DNA of 64,000 nt from a virus (IMGVR_UViG_3300046710_000151:12584-76583); one strand, 5' to 3'. Numbered from the stretch's first letter, positions 37,559 to 46,296 are shown. The notes: generated by a model from the letters alone, not told the origin. Made by a program: numbers and translations.

Positions 37559-38402
37559 CGGAATCGAAACACCAACGGCGGAGGTGATCCGCGAACTTAC
37601 GACGCTCGGCATTGGTGCCGAGACCCCGGAGGGCGGCAACACGCCCTACGTAATAGTGCCCAGGGGGTGCGAAGTCAGGACCCTGGAAGCGCTCATCTAT
37701 AACGACCGGAGCGCACGGCCCAACCGAATCAAGCAAGCCATTGAGGTCTGGGACGCGGAGAGCTTCATCGCGTACTTCCTTGCCTTCCGCGACGCCAGTT
37801 CGCGTGTCTTTGCGGATGTGCAGGCGGCCACGGTAACGGCGATTCTGGACTATCACGAATTCCGGGAATCCGTCGAAGGTCAGGAAGTGAACGCGCCCCG
37901 CTGGGGATCTCACAAGGTCACGCTCGCCTTGAAGAAGTCCCCCGAATGGCTGCTTTGGATCGCCAGTAACAAAAAGACGATGGATCAGGACGCATTCGCC
38001 ACGTTCATCGAGGACAACAACCCGGACATCTTGGAACCCAACGCGGGCACCATGCGGGAAATCGCCAGCGATCTGCACGAAACCCACGAGATGACCTACG
38101 CGGGCACCACGAAGGCACCGAACGGCTCGCAGCGGTTGAACTACACCCAGGAGAACAAGAGCACCTTCGGGAAGTCCGATGCGAGCGTGCCCGAATCTTT
38201 CCGCGTGGGTATTCCGGTGTACGTAGGCGGCGGCCTTGTGTCTCTCGTAGCCCGACTTCGGTGGCGTGTGGCCGGCGGCAAGGCGAGTTTCTGGTACGAT
38301 CTGCTGCGCGCCGATGCGGCAGAGCGAGCGGCCTTTGACGCCACGCGGGCCACGGTCACAGATGCCATCGGGGTCCCGGTGATTAGCGGAAAGATCGGCT
38401 AG
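37551..38402 (+). CDS. DUF2303 (YfdQ-like) protein
   Basis: SFI.Y, AILDYH, SPEW..W, Q..FA.FIEDN and IPVY.GG motifs; start GTG 37551. Confidence 0.8.
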   Translation: MADGIETPTAEVIRELTTLGIGAETPEGGNTPYVIVPRGCEVRTLEALIYNDRSARPNRIKQAIEVWDAESFIAYFLAFRDASSRVFADVQAATVTAILDYHEFRESVEGQEVNAPRWGSHKVTLALKKSPEWLLWIASNKKTMDQDAFATFIEDNNPDILEPNAGTMREIASDLHETHEMTYAGTTKAPNGSQRLNYTQENKSTFGKSDASVPESFRVGIPVYVGGGLVSLVARLRWRVAGGKASFWYDLLRADAAERAAFDATRATVTDAIGVPVISGKIG

Positions 38403-38678
38403 GCGTCATGAGGCAACCAAAACCAGAACGGAATCCGGATCACGCCACCTTGAACCGGTGGCAGTTCACCCGCGTTTGGCACATTCGCCCCGCCTCGATG
38501 AGCCGTAGACGCTGGCGCGGTCTCGGCAGCCCCGCGCGGCGTGCAATCCGGAGTGCGGCATGACCATCTGGCAAACATTGCGCAGCGGGCTGTTCGGTAA
38601 GAGCAAGTACGGTCAGCATCAGATCGAGCCCACGCGCAGTAAGCCCACGGAAGTTGCATAGACGAAAGGAACCGGAAC

Positions 38679-38993
38679 ATGAACGCCTCACGCCAAGACA
38701 TGCGCCGCGCGATTGACTTCAGCGCCGTCAGGGAGCCTGACGGCGCCCTCACCAACGCGATTATCGGCCTGCTTTCGCGGCGGAGTGGCCCCATGCGCAC
38801 CCTGGAGGGCGATCAGACTCGCCAGCGCATCCGCCACGCCGCCTACCCAGTAGCGGTAGCGGCGGTCAAAAAGGCCAATCCCGAAATGCGGCGCTGGTGG
38901 TGGCGCAAGTTGGCGCGAGCCTACGCAGTCAAGATGGCGCGCGAGGCGATGGCAAAGCAGGCAACGAAGCGGCGGAGTGAGGTCTCGGCATGA
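38679..38993 (+). CDS. basic hypothetical protein
   Basis: RBS-preceded ORF. Confidence 0.45.
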   Translation: MNASRQDMRRAIDFSAVREPDGALTNAIIGLLSRRSGPMRTLEGDQTRQRIRHAAYPVAVAAVKKANPEMRRWWWRKLARAYAVKMAREAMAKQATKRRSEVSA

Positions 38994-39310
38994 CCCGTCA
39001 ACGTATGGAGATCGAGCGCCAGGTGAATGTGGGACGCGCCCTGATTATGCTCCTGGTCGCGCTCGGAATGTTTGCGGGTGCGCTGTGGTTCGCTCATTCG
39101 CGGGGTGGCGTCTGATGGCTGGGACTGAAAGTAGCGTGTCACTCGATGTGGCGGTCTTGCACGATGCGGACTGCACTTGGGAAAGCTATAGAGAACCCGC
39201 GCCGGGAACCACGGTTTGGGGCCAACTCAATTATGAATGGTGTCGGGTCTTCTGTCATTGGGGTCCGCTTGCGATGGGCCGGAGAATAATTCCGAGTGAG
39301 GAGCTATCTG

Positions 39311-39607
39311 ATGGCCGCCCCTGAAAGCGCCGCGGTCCTGGCCGCGTTGAGTCGCGCCGCACGGTTGCGCGATGCCATGGAGCGGTCCGATCCGTTGGTG
39401 CGTGCGGTTGCGGTGGCTCGGGAAGCGCTACGGCATTGCGATCCACGAAGCGCGGCGTACAAGGCTGGCATGGTGGAACTGCTGCGCCGAAGGTTCGGCG
39501 GTTCGCGTGGCGATTGTCCATACGTGGCTGGGTCGGCAGAGTTTGATGCCTACTGCTCAGGTATCGAGTGCGGGTGGGGCGTGTGGCGGGAATGCGAATC
39601 TTTATGA
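39311..39607 (+). CDS. hypothetical protein
   Basis: CPY..GS..FDAY..G motif. Confidence 0.5.
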   Translation: MAAPESAAVLAALSRAARLRDAMERSDPLVRAVAVAREALRHCDPRSAAYKAGMVELLRRRFGGSRGDCPYVAGSAEFDAYCSGIECGWGVWRECESL

Positions 39608-40899
39608 AATCTGATTTAACGGTTTTGCCTGTTCCGGCTGAATCCTTCCTTTCATCCGCCCACTCGGGCGGTCGAGGCGATCTTCAGTCGCCGCATACAG
39701 CGTCGGGGGCAGGCGATGAGGGCGAGCATGTGCGACAGCGCGTGCTCGCCATTAAATTGAATTGTGATGACGACACCTATCGTCTGGTGAAAGAGTTAGG
39801 ATGGCAGGCGGCGCGCTACCGCAATCTTTTTCTGCGGGCACGCTGGGCCGAAGCGAAACAGCTTTGCGTCGATCCGGTGAAGGCGGTTCCGCACGATGTC
39901 ACTAAGCACATCCGCGCTACCGAAAAGATGGATCTCGGCTGGTGTGTTTCTAGCGCTTGCGAACGCGAGTCCCAGGTGGCATGGCAGTGTCACTGTCGGC
40001 GCATCCTAGCGGGTGGGCCGCTGCCTGAATCGAGCCCAAATGCGGCCCTCACGATTCGCGGCGACAAGCGCCGCATGGAATCGGGCGTACAACTGGTGGA
40101 GACGGAGCCGGATCGGTTTGTCGCGCGGTTGCGGGTATTAAGTGAGAGATTGGCGGATGGTGCTATGCGCGCGGAGGGCTGCTGGATTGAGGTTCCGGTG
40201 GCACTGGGGACGGCGAAGGATTGGCAGATCGATCTGATCCGCCGTATGAGCGCGGGCGAAGTTCCGATCCTGAAGGGTGCCCTTGTCATTAAGCCGTTTC
40301 GGCATCAGGTGATCTTGCAACTATGCTATCCAGTCACCATTGCCCTGCCGCGATTTGGCAACCGCTGCGCCACCTTGGGTCCGGTCGGCCAGGGCGGCAG
40401 ACTGTTTCTGCGCACAGAATGCGAGACGCGCGATTACTCGGGGCGGCTGCACGCGATTCTGGACCGCAAGGAACACTGGGGCGGTATCCGGCGGCGGGTC
40501 ATGGCGCAGATCGGACGGCACAAAGGTGCCTCCCGGACCAAGCGGGAAGTGCTGGCGCGGATGACTTGGGCCGACTGGCTGAAGACCGAATTGCATCAGT
40601 GGACTTGCGAGATTGCGAAGTGGCTGGACTCGCAAGGCATCGCCAAATTGACCGTGATGGGCTTGGGCAATGCGGATTGGTCAATCTTCGAATTTACACG
40701 AATGCTCACGTACAAGTGTGAAGCGCTGGGAATCACTTTGACCAGCGAAGCGGACTTAGCCGATGTGGGAACTGAACGGTCGGTGAAGCAGGAGATTCAG
40801 CGTGAGCGGCGCAAAACAACCAAACGGGCCGGGGCGCTGCGTACGCTTACGGCCTCAGTCAACGCGCCGTTGGCCAATGATACGACAGGAAAAGGATAA
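39568..40899 (+). CDS. Cas12f/TnpB-like protein with degenerate RuvC (probable start GTG 39730, about 389 aa)
   Basis: Colinear resemblance to Cas12f1 blocks recalled from memory (RRILAGG.PLP, FVARLRVLS, RRMSAGE, LHQW..EIAK.....GI..L, W...EF..ML.YKCE..GI); RuvC-I reads ATLGPV and RuvC-II reads TVMGL; no CxxC finger or RuvC-III. Confidence 0.75.
   Translation: MRVGRVAGMRIFMKSDLTVLPVPAESFLSSAHSGGRGDLQSPHTASGAGDEGEHVRQRVLAIKLNCDDDTYRLVKELGWQAARYRNLFLRARWAEAKQLCVDPVKAVPHDVTKHIRATEKMDLGWCVSSACERESQVAWQCHCRRILAGGPLPESSPNAALTIRGDKRRMESGVQLVETEPDRFVARLRVLSERLADGAMRAEGCWIEVPVALGTAKDWQIDLIRRMSAGEVPILKGALVIKPFRHQVILQLCYPVTIALPRFGNRCATLGPVGQGGRLFLRTECETRDYSGRLHAILDRKEHWGGIRRRVMAQIGRHKGASRTKREVLARMTWADWLKTELHQWTCEIAKWLDSQGIAKLTVMGLGNADWSIFEFTRMLTYKCEALGITLTSEADLADVGTERSVKQEIQRERRKTTKRAGALRTLTASVNAPLANDTTGKG
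39608..39729 (+). ncRNA. putative tracrRNA-like RNA
   Basis: Anti-repeat TCCTTCCTTTCATCC (39643-57), hairpin CCGCCC/GGGCGG, and hairpin GGCGA-TCTTCAG-TCGCC whose loop complements the repeat end CTGAAG. Confidence 0.5.
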
Positions 40900-40904
40900 A
40901 GAAT

Positions 40905-41228
40905 ATGGACAATCAAACGACTACTGCATTAAACGATCTGGCACCGCAAGCGGTCGCTGAGATCAAGAACTATTTTCAATCGACGGTGGACAGCGAGGAC
41001 AGCGCCTACAAACGTGCCGACCTCGGGCTCAAGGTCTTGGGGCGGGTCAACGGCAACGATTCCAACCGAATCAAAGTGCTGGCACTCCAATTCCAGGTGG
41101 CCCGCATGATGGGCGTCAAGGGAGATATGCTGCGTCCGCTGTTGGCGGAACTGAATCCGGCTCTTGCGACTGCCGGGGTAATTGCTGCTCCTCAACCCGT
41201 TGTTGGGGCTTTGTCTCCAGCGGCATAG
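40905..41228 (+). CDS. 107-aa helical accessory protein of the Cas12f-like locus
   Basis: 5 nt after the Cas12f-like stop; the array begins right after its stop. Confidence 0.65.
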   Translation: MDNQTTTALNDLAPQAVAEIKNYFQSTVDSEDSAYKRADLGLKVLGRVNGNDSNRIKVLALQFQVARMMGVKGDMLRPLLAELNPALATAGVIAAPQPVVGALSPAA

Positions 41229-41852
41229 GACTTTGTGGAAGGAACTGAAGGGAACCGACACCAACCCCGGACCCACGGCGCAGCGAGTAGGGACATGGAA
41301 GGAACTGAAGGTTGTCGAGCCCGTGTGCTGGTTTGGGCGCAGCATGTAGGGAATGTAGAAGGAACTGAAGGGTGCAAGGCCCGTCTGCCTTATGCCGCCT
41401 GGGCGCAGCAAGCACGGAATGCGGAAGGAACTGAAGGCAATAAGGCTTTCACACTGCGTCGGCGCAGCAGGGAATGCGGAAGGAACTGAAGGACTGATGA
41501 ACTCCGCGCCCATTCGGGGCACGCCGGGGGAAGGAACTGAAGGGACTCGACAGCGCTCTCTACCGGCGCAGGAAGTAGGGAATTCGGAAGGAACTGAAGG
41601 GCATCGGGTCCGAACAGCCCGCGCCAGTCGAACGGAATGCGGAAGGAACTGAGGGTTGCAAGGCGGCAACACGGTAGGTTGCGGAACCGCCTCGAATGTG
41701 GAAGGAACTGAAGGAAGCATAGATCCGGTTCCGAATCGACTGAACCAGCCGTAGCGCAGCGAGTTGGTGAATAGGAAGGAACTGAAGGCGATACTCTTCA
41801 TCCGCGGCGTTCTTGGCGCAGCGGGTTAGGTGAATAAGGAAGGAACTGAAGG
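41229..41852 (+). CRISPR. non-canonical CRISPR-like array, 11 repeats
   Basis: GGAAGGAACTGAAGG at 41237, 41297, 41357(A), 41423, 41478, 41529, 41586, 41641(GAGGG end), 41700, 41774, 41838; degenerate 5' part GGCGCAGC..GGAAT; unique ~19-40-nt spacers. Confidence 0.75.
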
Positions 41853-41896
41853 TGGCCGCCGTACAGTCCGAGAAGGTTGGCACCGTGCCGTGAAGT

Positions 41897-41997
41897 CAGA
41901 GCCACCGCAGCGCCGGGGTCTTCCCCGGCGACGGTTGCGGCGGCGGGAGAAGGAATCGTGTCTGACTGACGGCGCAGAAATCGGCAAGCCTTCTCAG
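41897..41997 (+). repeat. CAGAGCC...CCTTCTCAG hairpin element (intergenic copy)
   Basis: Same layout as copies at 52980, 55173, 56385 and 57954. Confidence 0.7.
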
Positions 41998-42272
41998 TGA
42001 GTAAAGAACAAGTGGGAAAGAACATGATACATCCGGTCTACCAGCAGCGCATCGCAGTCGCAGTCGCAGCATCGCAAAAGCAGGCGGTCACACTCCGTGT
42101 GGACGGAGACGGCGACACGGCCTACGTGGTGTGGATGGACCGTAACCGGCATGTCATCGCGTCGGGATCGGAAAAGGGCATGAAAGCGCTGCTGCCGGAT
42201 GTGCAGGCGGAGTTCAAGCGGCAGATGGACGCACAGAAGGTGGAAGGTAGAGGCATGAAGGCATGGCAGTAA
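41997..42272 (+). CDS. hypothetical protein
   Basis: Overlaps the start of the next gene. Confidence 0.45.
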   Translation: MSKEQVGKNMIHPVYQQRIAVAVAASQKQAVTLRVDGDGDTAYVVWMDRNRHVIASGSEKGMKALLPDVQAEFKRQMDAQKVEGRGMKAWQ

Positions 42273-43216
42273 CATTTGAATCGAAAACACCGATCAGCCG
42301 GGGCGATGCGACATACCGAATCGCCACCCACGATATTGATATTGACGCGGAGAACAACGGGCGGCATGTTCTGCCGGACATAGCGTGGTTGGAGAAGTCC
42401 ATCGAGGACCGCGGTCAGGACGTTCCGTGCATCGTCACCAAGGATGGAAGCCGCGCCAGAATGGTTGAAGGCCACTCGCGTTGGAGAGCTATCGTCAATA
42501 TCAACAAGCGCCGCGCTCCCGAAAATCAGTTGTTGGTCTGGTGTGTTTATTCCAGAGGCAACCCGGTGGATGCGCTCATTACCGGATTTGTCACTAACCG
42601 GGAACGTAACTCGCTAACGCCTGTTGACGAAGGGTATTTCGTCAATCGCATGTTGAAGTTCGGTAAGACCATCGAAGAGATCGCCGCCATCTGCCACGAA
42701 GATGTGCCATGGTGCAAACAGCGACTCGCACTGGTTTCTCTGACCCCTGAAGCGCAGACCGCCGTATCGGCCGGCACTGTCAAGGTACCAGCTGCTGTTG
42801 CGCTGTCGAAGCTCGCTGCCGAGGAACAGCGGCGCTATCTGAAGAGCGGCGGGAGGATGACTGCGGCGGCGATCAAGCACTCATCGGCCCCGGTGATCGT
42901 CAGGGCGAAGAAGCTGGGACTACCGGAACTCAAGGAGATTCTGCGGGCCGTCGTGGAAGACGGAGAGTTACCGCCGGCATTCCGGGAAGAGATGCACTCC
43001 AAGAAGGGGATCGTGGCCGGTGAGCCGCTGCACACGTTCTGTGGGCTGATCCTTGACATGTTGAATCCGCCCAAGGCGGCGTCGCCGGCAAAAGAGAAAG
43101 GTAAGCCCGGTCCAAAGCGAAAGCGGAAGGCTGCGGAACCTCCGGTTGCGCAAGTGCAGCAACTGCTGGATGCTGTGGTTTCGGAACCGCATTACGAATC
43201 AATCGATCAAGTTTGA
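42263..43216 (+). CDS. ParB/Spo0J-like protein
   Basis: L..SI...GQ..P..V........EGH.RWRA and N.ER..L.P.DE followed by an HTH. Confidence 0.8.
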   Translation: MAVTFESKTPISRGDATYRIATHDIDIDAENNGRHVLPDIAWLEKSIEDRGQDVPCIVTKDGSRARMVEGHSRWRAIVNINKRRAPENQLLVWCVYSRGNPVDALITGFVTNRERNSLTPVDEGYFVNRMLKFGKTIEEIAAICHEDVPWCKQRLALVSLTPEAQTAVSAGTVKVPAAVALSKLAAEEQRRYLKSGGRMTAAAIKHSSAPVIVRAKKLGLPELKEILRAVVEDGELPPAFREEMHSKKGIVAGEPLHTFCGLILDMLNPPKAASPAKEKGKPGPKRKRKAAEPPVAQVQQLLDAVVSEPHYESIDQV

Positions 43217-43247
43217 AAGGAGCGCCGCGTAGAGAAAGAGCCTCACT

Positions 43248-43291
43248 CTGCGGTCTCGCTGGCTTAGTGAATCGGCGGGACCGCTCTTTTT
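43248..43291 (+). terminator. intrinsic terminator
   Basis: GCGGTCTCGCTG...CGGCGGGACCGC stem followed by TCTTTTT. Confidence 0.6.
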
Positions 43292-43402
43292 GCGAAGTCT
43301 TTTCGTGCGGCCATCGGAACGGCGTTTCGTGACTCGGGGGAGGAATGGAGCAACGGCCCGGTGGTCACACGGAAAGATTTGACGAAGCTATAAGGAGAAC
43401 GA

Positions 43403-43675
43403 ATGAATAAGTACATGAGATTCCTCGGTTTGAGAGTGAAGGATCGGGTCACCGGCTTTACGGGAGTGGTCTCCTCAATCTGTTTTGATCTTTACGGCTG
43501 CGTGCAGGCGGCTGTCAGCCCGCCGGCCAAAGACGAGAAGCTGGAAGACGGTCGCTGGTTCGATTTGAAGCGGCTTGATATTCAAGATGAGACGCCAGTG
43601 ATGGAATTGCCGAGTTTTTCAAACGTCCCTGGCGGCGCCGAGAAATCACAGCCGCCTGACTCGCCCATCGGATAA
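43403..43675 (+). CDS. conserved phage SH3-like protein
   Basis: LG..V.D.VTGF.GV........GC motif. Confidence 0.7.
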   Translation: MNKYMRFLGLRVKDRVTGFTGVVSSICFDLYGCVQAAVSPPAKDEKLEDGRWFDLKRLDIQDETPVMELPSFSNVPGGAEKSQPPDSPIG

Positions 43676-44132
43676 CGGAGTTTCCCGCCGGTTCGGGCAG
43701 GGGCATGGAGGCGATTGCGCGAATTACCAGTGAGCAGCAACCTTGGAGGCCCGATGCAATCCGGCGGGTTCGAGTTCGTGAGCAACAAAGGGAAATGGAG
43801 GCGTTATGCGCCTGGGGGAGTAGCGGCGACGCTTTGCGCGGAGATGGGAATTCGCGTTATGTGTCACGCGGCCCAAGCGCCGGTGCTGGTTTCGGCGCAA
43901 ACACCGGGCTATAAACATTGAACGGTTCAGGATTCACTCACGCGGGTTTAGCCGAGAGCAGCGCCGCAATCGCGGACGGTTCGACTGCTGGCTTAATTGG
44001 TTTGTGCCGCGAAAGGGAGGGTTCAGCGCCATGTGCGTGGCCCACGAAATCGGTATAAGCGGCGACAGATTGCCGCACGTTCAGGCGGGCGTCTTCGGAT
44101 GCCCGCCCAAGGGTTGGTAAAAGGAGCATTCG

Positions 44133-44423
44133 ATGGAACGCAAAATGGAAGTGGTTTTGGGGTCGGTATACACGGACAAGGTAACGGGCTTCAGCGGCGT
44201 GGCACTTTCACGCCACCAGTATATGAACGGCTGTGTGCGCATCTGCATCCAGCCGCGCGGACTGCGAGAGGGGAAAATGATCGAGGCTCAGACGTTCGAT
44301 ATTGAGCAACTCGCACCCCCACTTGAGACCAAGCGTCCCGGAAAGTCAGTGATTGACGTAAATCCTCGCGCTACCGGTGGCCCTGGCGACATACCGAAGC
44401 CGCGAATGATCCCCCGGCGATAA
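44133..44423 (+). CDS. paralogue of 43403-43675
   Basis: LG....DKVTGF.GV......MNGC motif. Confidence 0.7.
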   Translation: MERKMEVVLGSVYTDKVTGFSGVALSRHQYMNGCVRICIQPRGLREGKMIEAQTFDIEQLAPPLETKRPGKSVIDVNPRATGGPGDIPKPRMIPRR

Positions 44424-44435
44424 AGGCGTGCTCCC

Positions 44436-44789
44436 ATGCAAACAACCCTAACGACCGCAATCTCATTTCTGCTGCTCTCCGCCGCGATTCTGCTCTGCAT
44501 TTCGCCTGAGGCCAAGCACTGGGCGGCAGAGGTCCTTCATCGCTTGGACGTTTTCCTATGCTCAGAGTTGGAAGCAAGGGCCAAAGCGCAAACGGCAGCG
44601 CGTTCCGCGTGGGATCGCGTCTACCGTGAGCAACGGGGCGCGTGTCCCTGGAACACGGCGGCTCCTTCGTCACACCTAATGGATGGCCTCGCGGCGGTGG
44701 ATTATGCGCGCGCCGGCACCGCTGGCGGGGTGCCGGATGAAAGGTTGGTTTATGACCGGCGGGACGCGCCTCCGGAGGCAGGGCTGTGA
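44436..44789 (+). CDS. hypothetical membrane-anchored protein
   Basis: N-terminal hydrophobic helix. Confidence 0.45.
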   Translation: MQTTLTTAISFLLLSAAILLCISPEAKHWAAEVLHRLDVFLCSELEARAKAQTAARSAWDRVYREQRGACPWNTAAPSSHLMDGLAAVDYARAGTAGGVPDERLVYDRRDAPPEAGL

Positions 44790-44825
44790 AGACCGACCCG
44801 CGCACTGGCCACCGCTACGCGAAAG

Positions 44826-45029
44826 GTGCATTCGATGCCGAACAAGGTTGATAGCCTGCTCCTGCTGGCCGATGCTCCGGTTCCAATGGAAACTATCCTG
44901 GGATGGAGCGTAGGGCAACTTCGGGCGGCGGGGGATTGGGCCTTGCGAACGTATCTGCGCGCGGCGGACAACGCGCATGTGCGTGTGCCAGTGAAGCCAG
45001 CGCATGTGATCGCGGGACAGGTGAAGTAG
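44826..45029 (+). CDS. hypothetical protein
   Basis: AGDWALR..L.A.DN motif. Confidence 0.45.
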   Translation: MHSMPNKVDSLLLLADAPVPMETILGWSVGQLRAAGDWALRTYLRAADNAHVRVPVKPAHVIAGQVK

Positions 45030-45032
45030 AAA

Positions 45033-45260
45033 ATGCCGAAGGAAGTGTTGAGTTCTGAGGAACGGTACGTCATGCGGATTACGTTCAAGGTGGCCATGAT
45101 TCGTGCGGCCGAGATCGTGGAAAGCATCACTGCTGGCGACGTTCTGGACATGCAAGCGCGGCTTTTGGCCAAAGGTATAAGTTTGGAGAACGTAGCGAAG
45201 CTTGACCGCGCAATGCTTGGGGCAACCCATTTGCGGGCCATTGCAGCGGACTTGGAGTAG
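45033..45260 (+). CDS. hypothetical protein
   Basis: RBS-spaced ORF. Confidence 0.45.
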   Translation: MPKEVLSSEERYVMRITFKVAMIRAAEIVESITAGDVLDMQARLLAKGISLENVAKLDRAMLGATHLRAIAADLE

Positions 45261-45263
45261 AAC

Positions 45264-45488
45264 ATGCCGACCCTGGTCAAAGCCGATGAGCGGCACTATA
45301 CACCCAAGGAAATCGCGCAGATTTTGCGCCTTGATCCCAAGTCGGTCCGGGATCTGTTTCGAAAAGAGGAAGGCGTGGTGCGTATCGGGAATCCAGACAG
45401 CACATTCCGGAAGAGAGCGCATACCACGCTGAGGATTCCAGAGAGCGTGTTTGAGCGGGTGCATAGAAGGATGAGTGTGAAGGGGTAA
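45264..45488 (+). CDS. excisionase-like HTH (MerR-like) protein
   Basis: HYTPKEIAQILRLDPKSVRDLF...GV.RIG. Confidence 0.7.
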   Translation: MPTLVKADERHYTPKEIAQILRLDPKSVRDLFRKEEGVVRIGNPDSTFRKRAHTTLRIPESVFERVHRRMSVKG

Positions 45489-45492
45489 AGGC

Positions 45493-45744
45493 ATGGACGA
45501 ACTGAATCCGAACCATCCGGTGACGCGCGAACTCCGTGAGCAGTGGTACAAGTTGTGCGCCATCCTCCTGTGGAAGTCTGGAGCCACTGAAGTCCAGATC
45601 ACCAGCGACGATATTGACGGGTTTATGAAAAGCGGCCTGGCCAATATCACGATGCACCCAAAAGACGACGTAATCACGCTGGGGCTGGTGAGTGATGCGG
45701 AAACCGTGCGGTTGTCGCGCAAGGAAGGGGGATTGCCAATATGA
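45493..45744 (+). CDS. hypothetical protein
   Basis: RBS AAGG; coupled to the next gene. Confidence 0.5.
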   Translation: MDELNPNHPVTRELREQWYKLCAILLWKSGATEVQITSDDIDGFMKSGLANITMHPKDDVITLGLVSDAETVRLSRKEGGLPI

Positions 45745-46289
45745 GTGAGAAGGCCGAAGGCTTTTTGGAAGTTGGCCTGAATGAGCAAGGCGAGATCGTG
45801 GTGAACCATCCTGATCTGAAGCCTGACTCCAACGGCGTGGGGCATATCGTGTTCTCCTCCGTGCAGGCACGCGAACTGGCCCGTTTACTGCTCAAGCACG
45901 CAACGCAATCCGAAAGGGAGGCAATGGAACGTATCTCAGTGGAACGGTACAAGGCGGCTGAGGCGATTCCCGTGGATCGTGATTGCCGCGTGTTGACCGA
46001 CGGCTCGCCGGTCACCGAAGACCACCGCGAGATAAACCCCGCCACCGGCCAGCAAAAAGGCTACGTGGTGCTCTGCGAGGCGGAACGTCGTAAGGGATTC
46101 GTACGGCCGGTTCGCAGAGCATACCTACACAAGACTTGCGGCTCAGTCACGACAATGGGCCTGACATTGGCGGAAACCTACGCTCGCGATCCGACGTTCT
46201 ACAGCGGCACGTTCTGCTGCGCGTGTAGGGCTCACTTCCCGCTCGATCAATTCGTGTGGGAAAGGACCAATGAACTAGTAGGCTCCTAG
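45741..46289 (+). CDS. conserved phage protein with Cys motif
   Basis: GFVRPVRR.Y.H..CG..T.M....AETYARDP.FY.GTFC..C..HFP. Confidence 0.65.
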   Translation: MSEKAEGFLEVGLNEQGEIVVNHPDLKPDSNGVGHIVFSSVQARELARLLLKHATQSEREAMERISVERYKAAEAIPVDRDCRVLTDGSPVTEDHREINPATGQQKGYVVLCEAERRKGFVRPVRRAYLHKTCGSVTTMGLTLAETYARDPTFYSGTFCCACRAHFPLDQFVWERTNELVGS

Positions 46290-46296
46290 AAGCCCG

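Noticed and set aside
41235-41652. EGTEG-repeat protein as the explanation of the array
   Set aside because: Periods of 55, 55, 59, 74 and 64 break the frame; conservation is at nucleotide level
39568-41852. Active Cas12f nuclease, IS200/IS605 transposon or TIGR-Tas system
   Set aside because: RuvC acidic residues and the zinc finger are missing; no TnpA or IS-end hairpins seen; no Nop-domain protein or box C/D-like 36-nt units
43940-44030. tRNA gene
   Set aside because: GCGGGTTTAGCC and GGTTCGACT fragments do not fold into a cloverleaf with correct spacing; I found no convincing tRNA in the window
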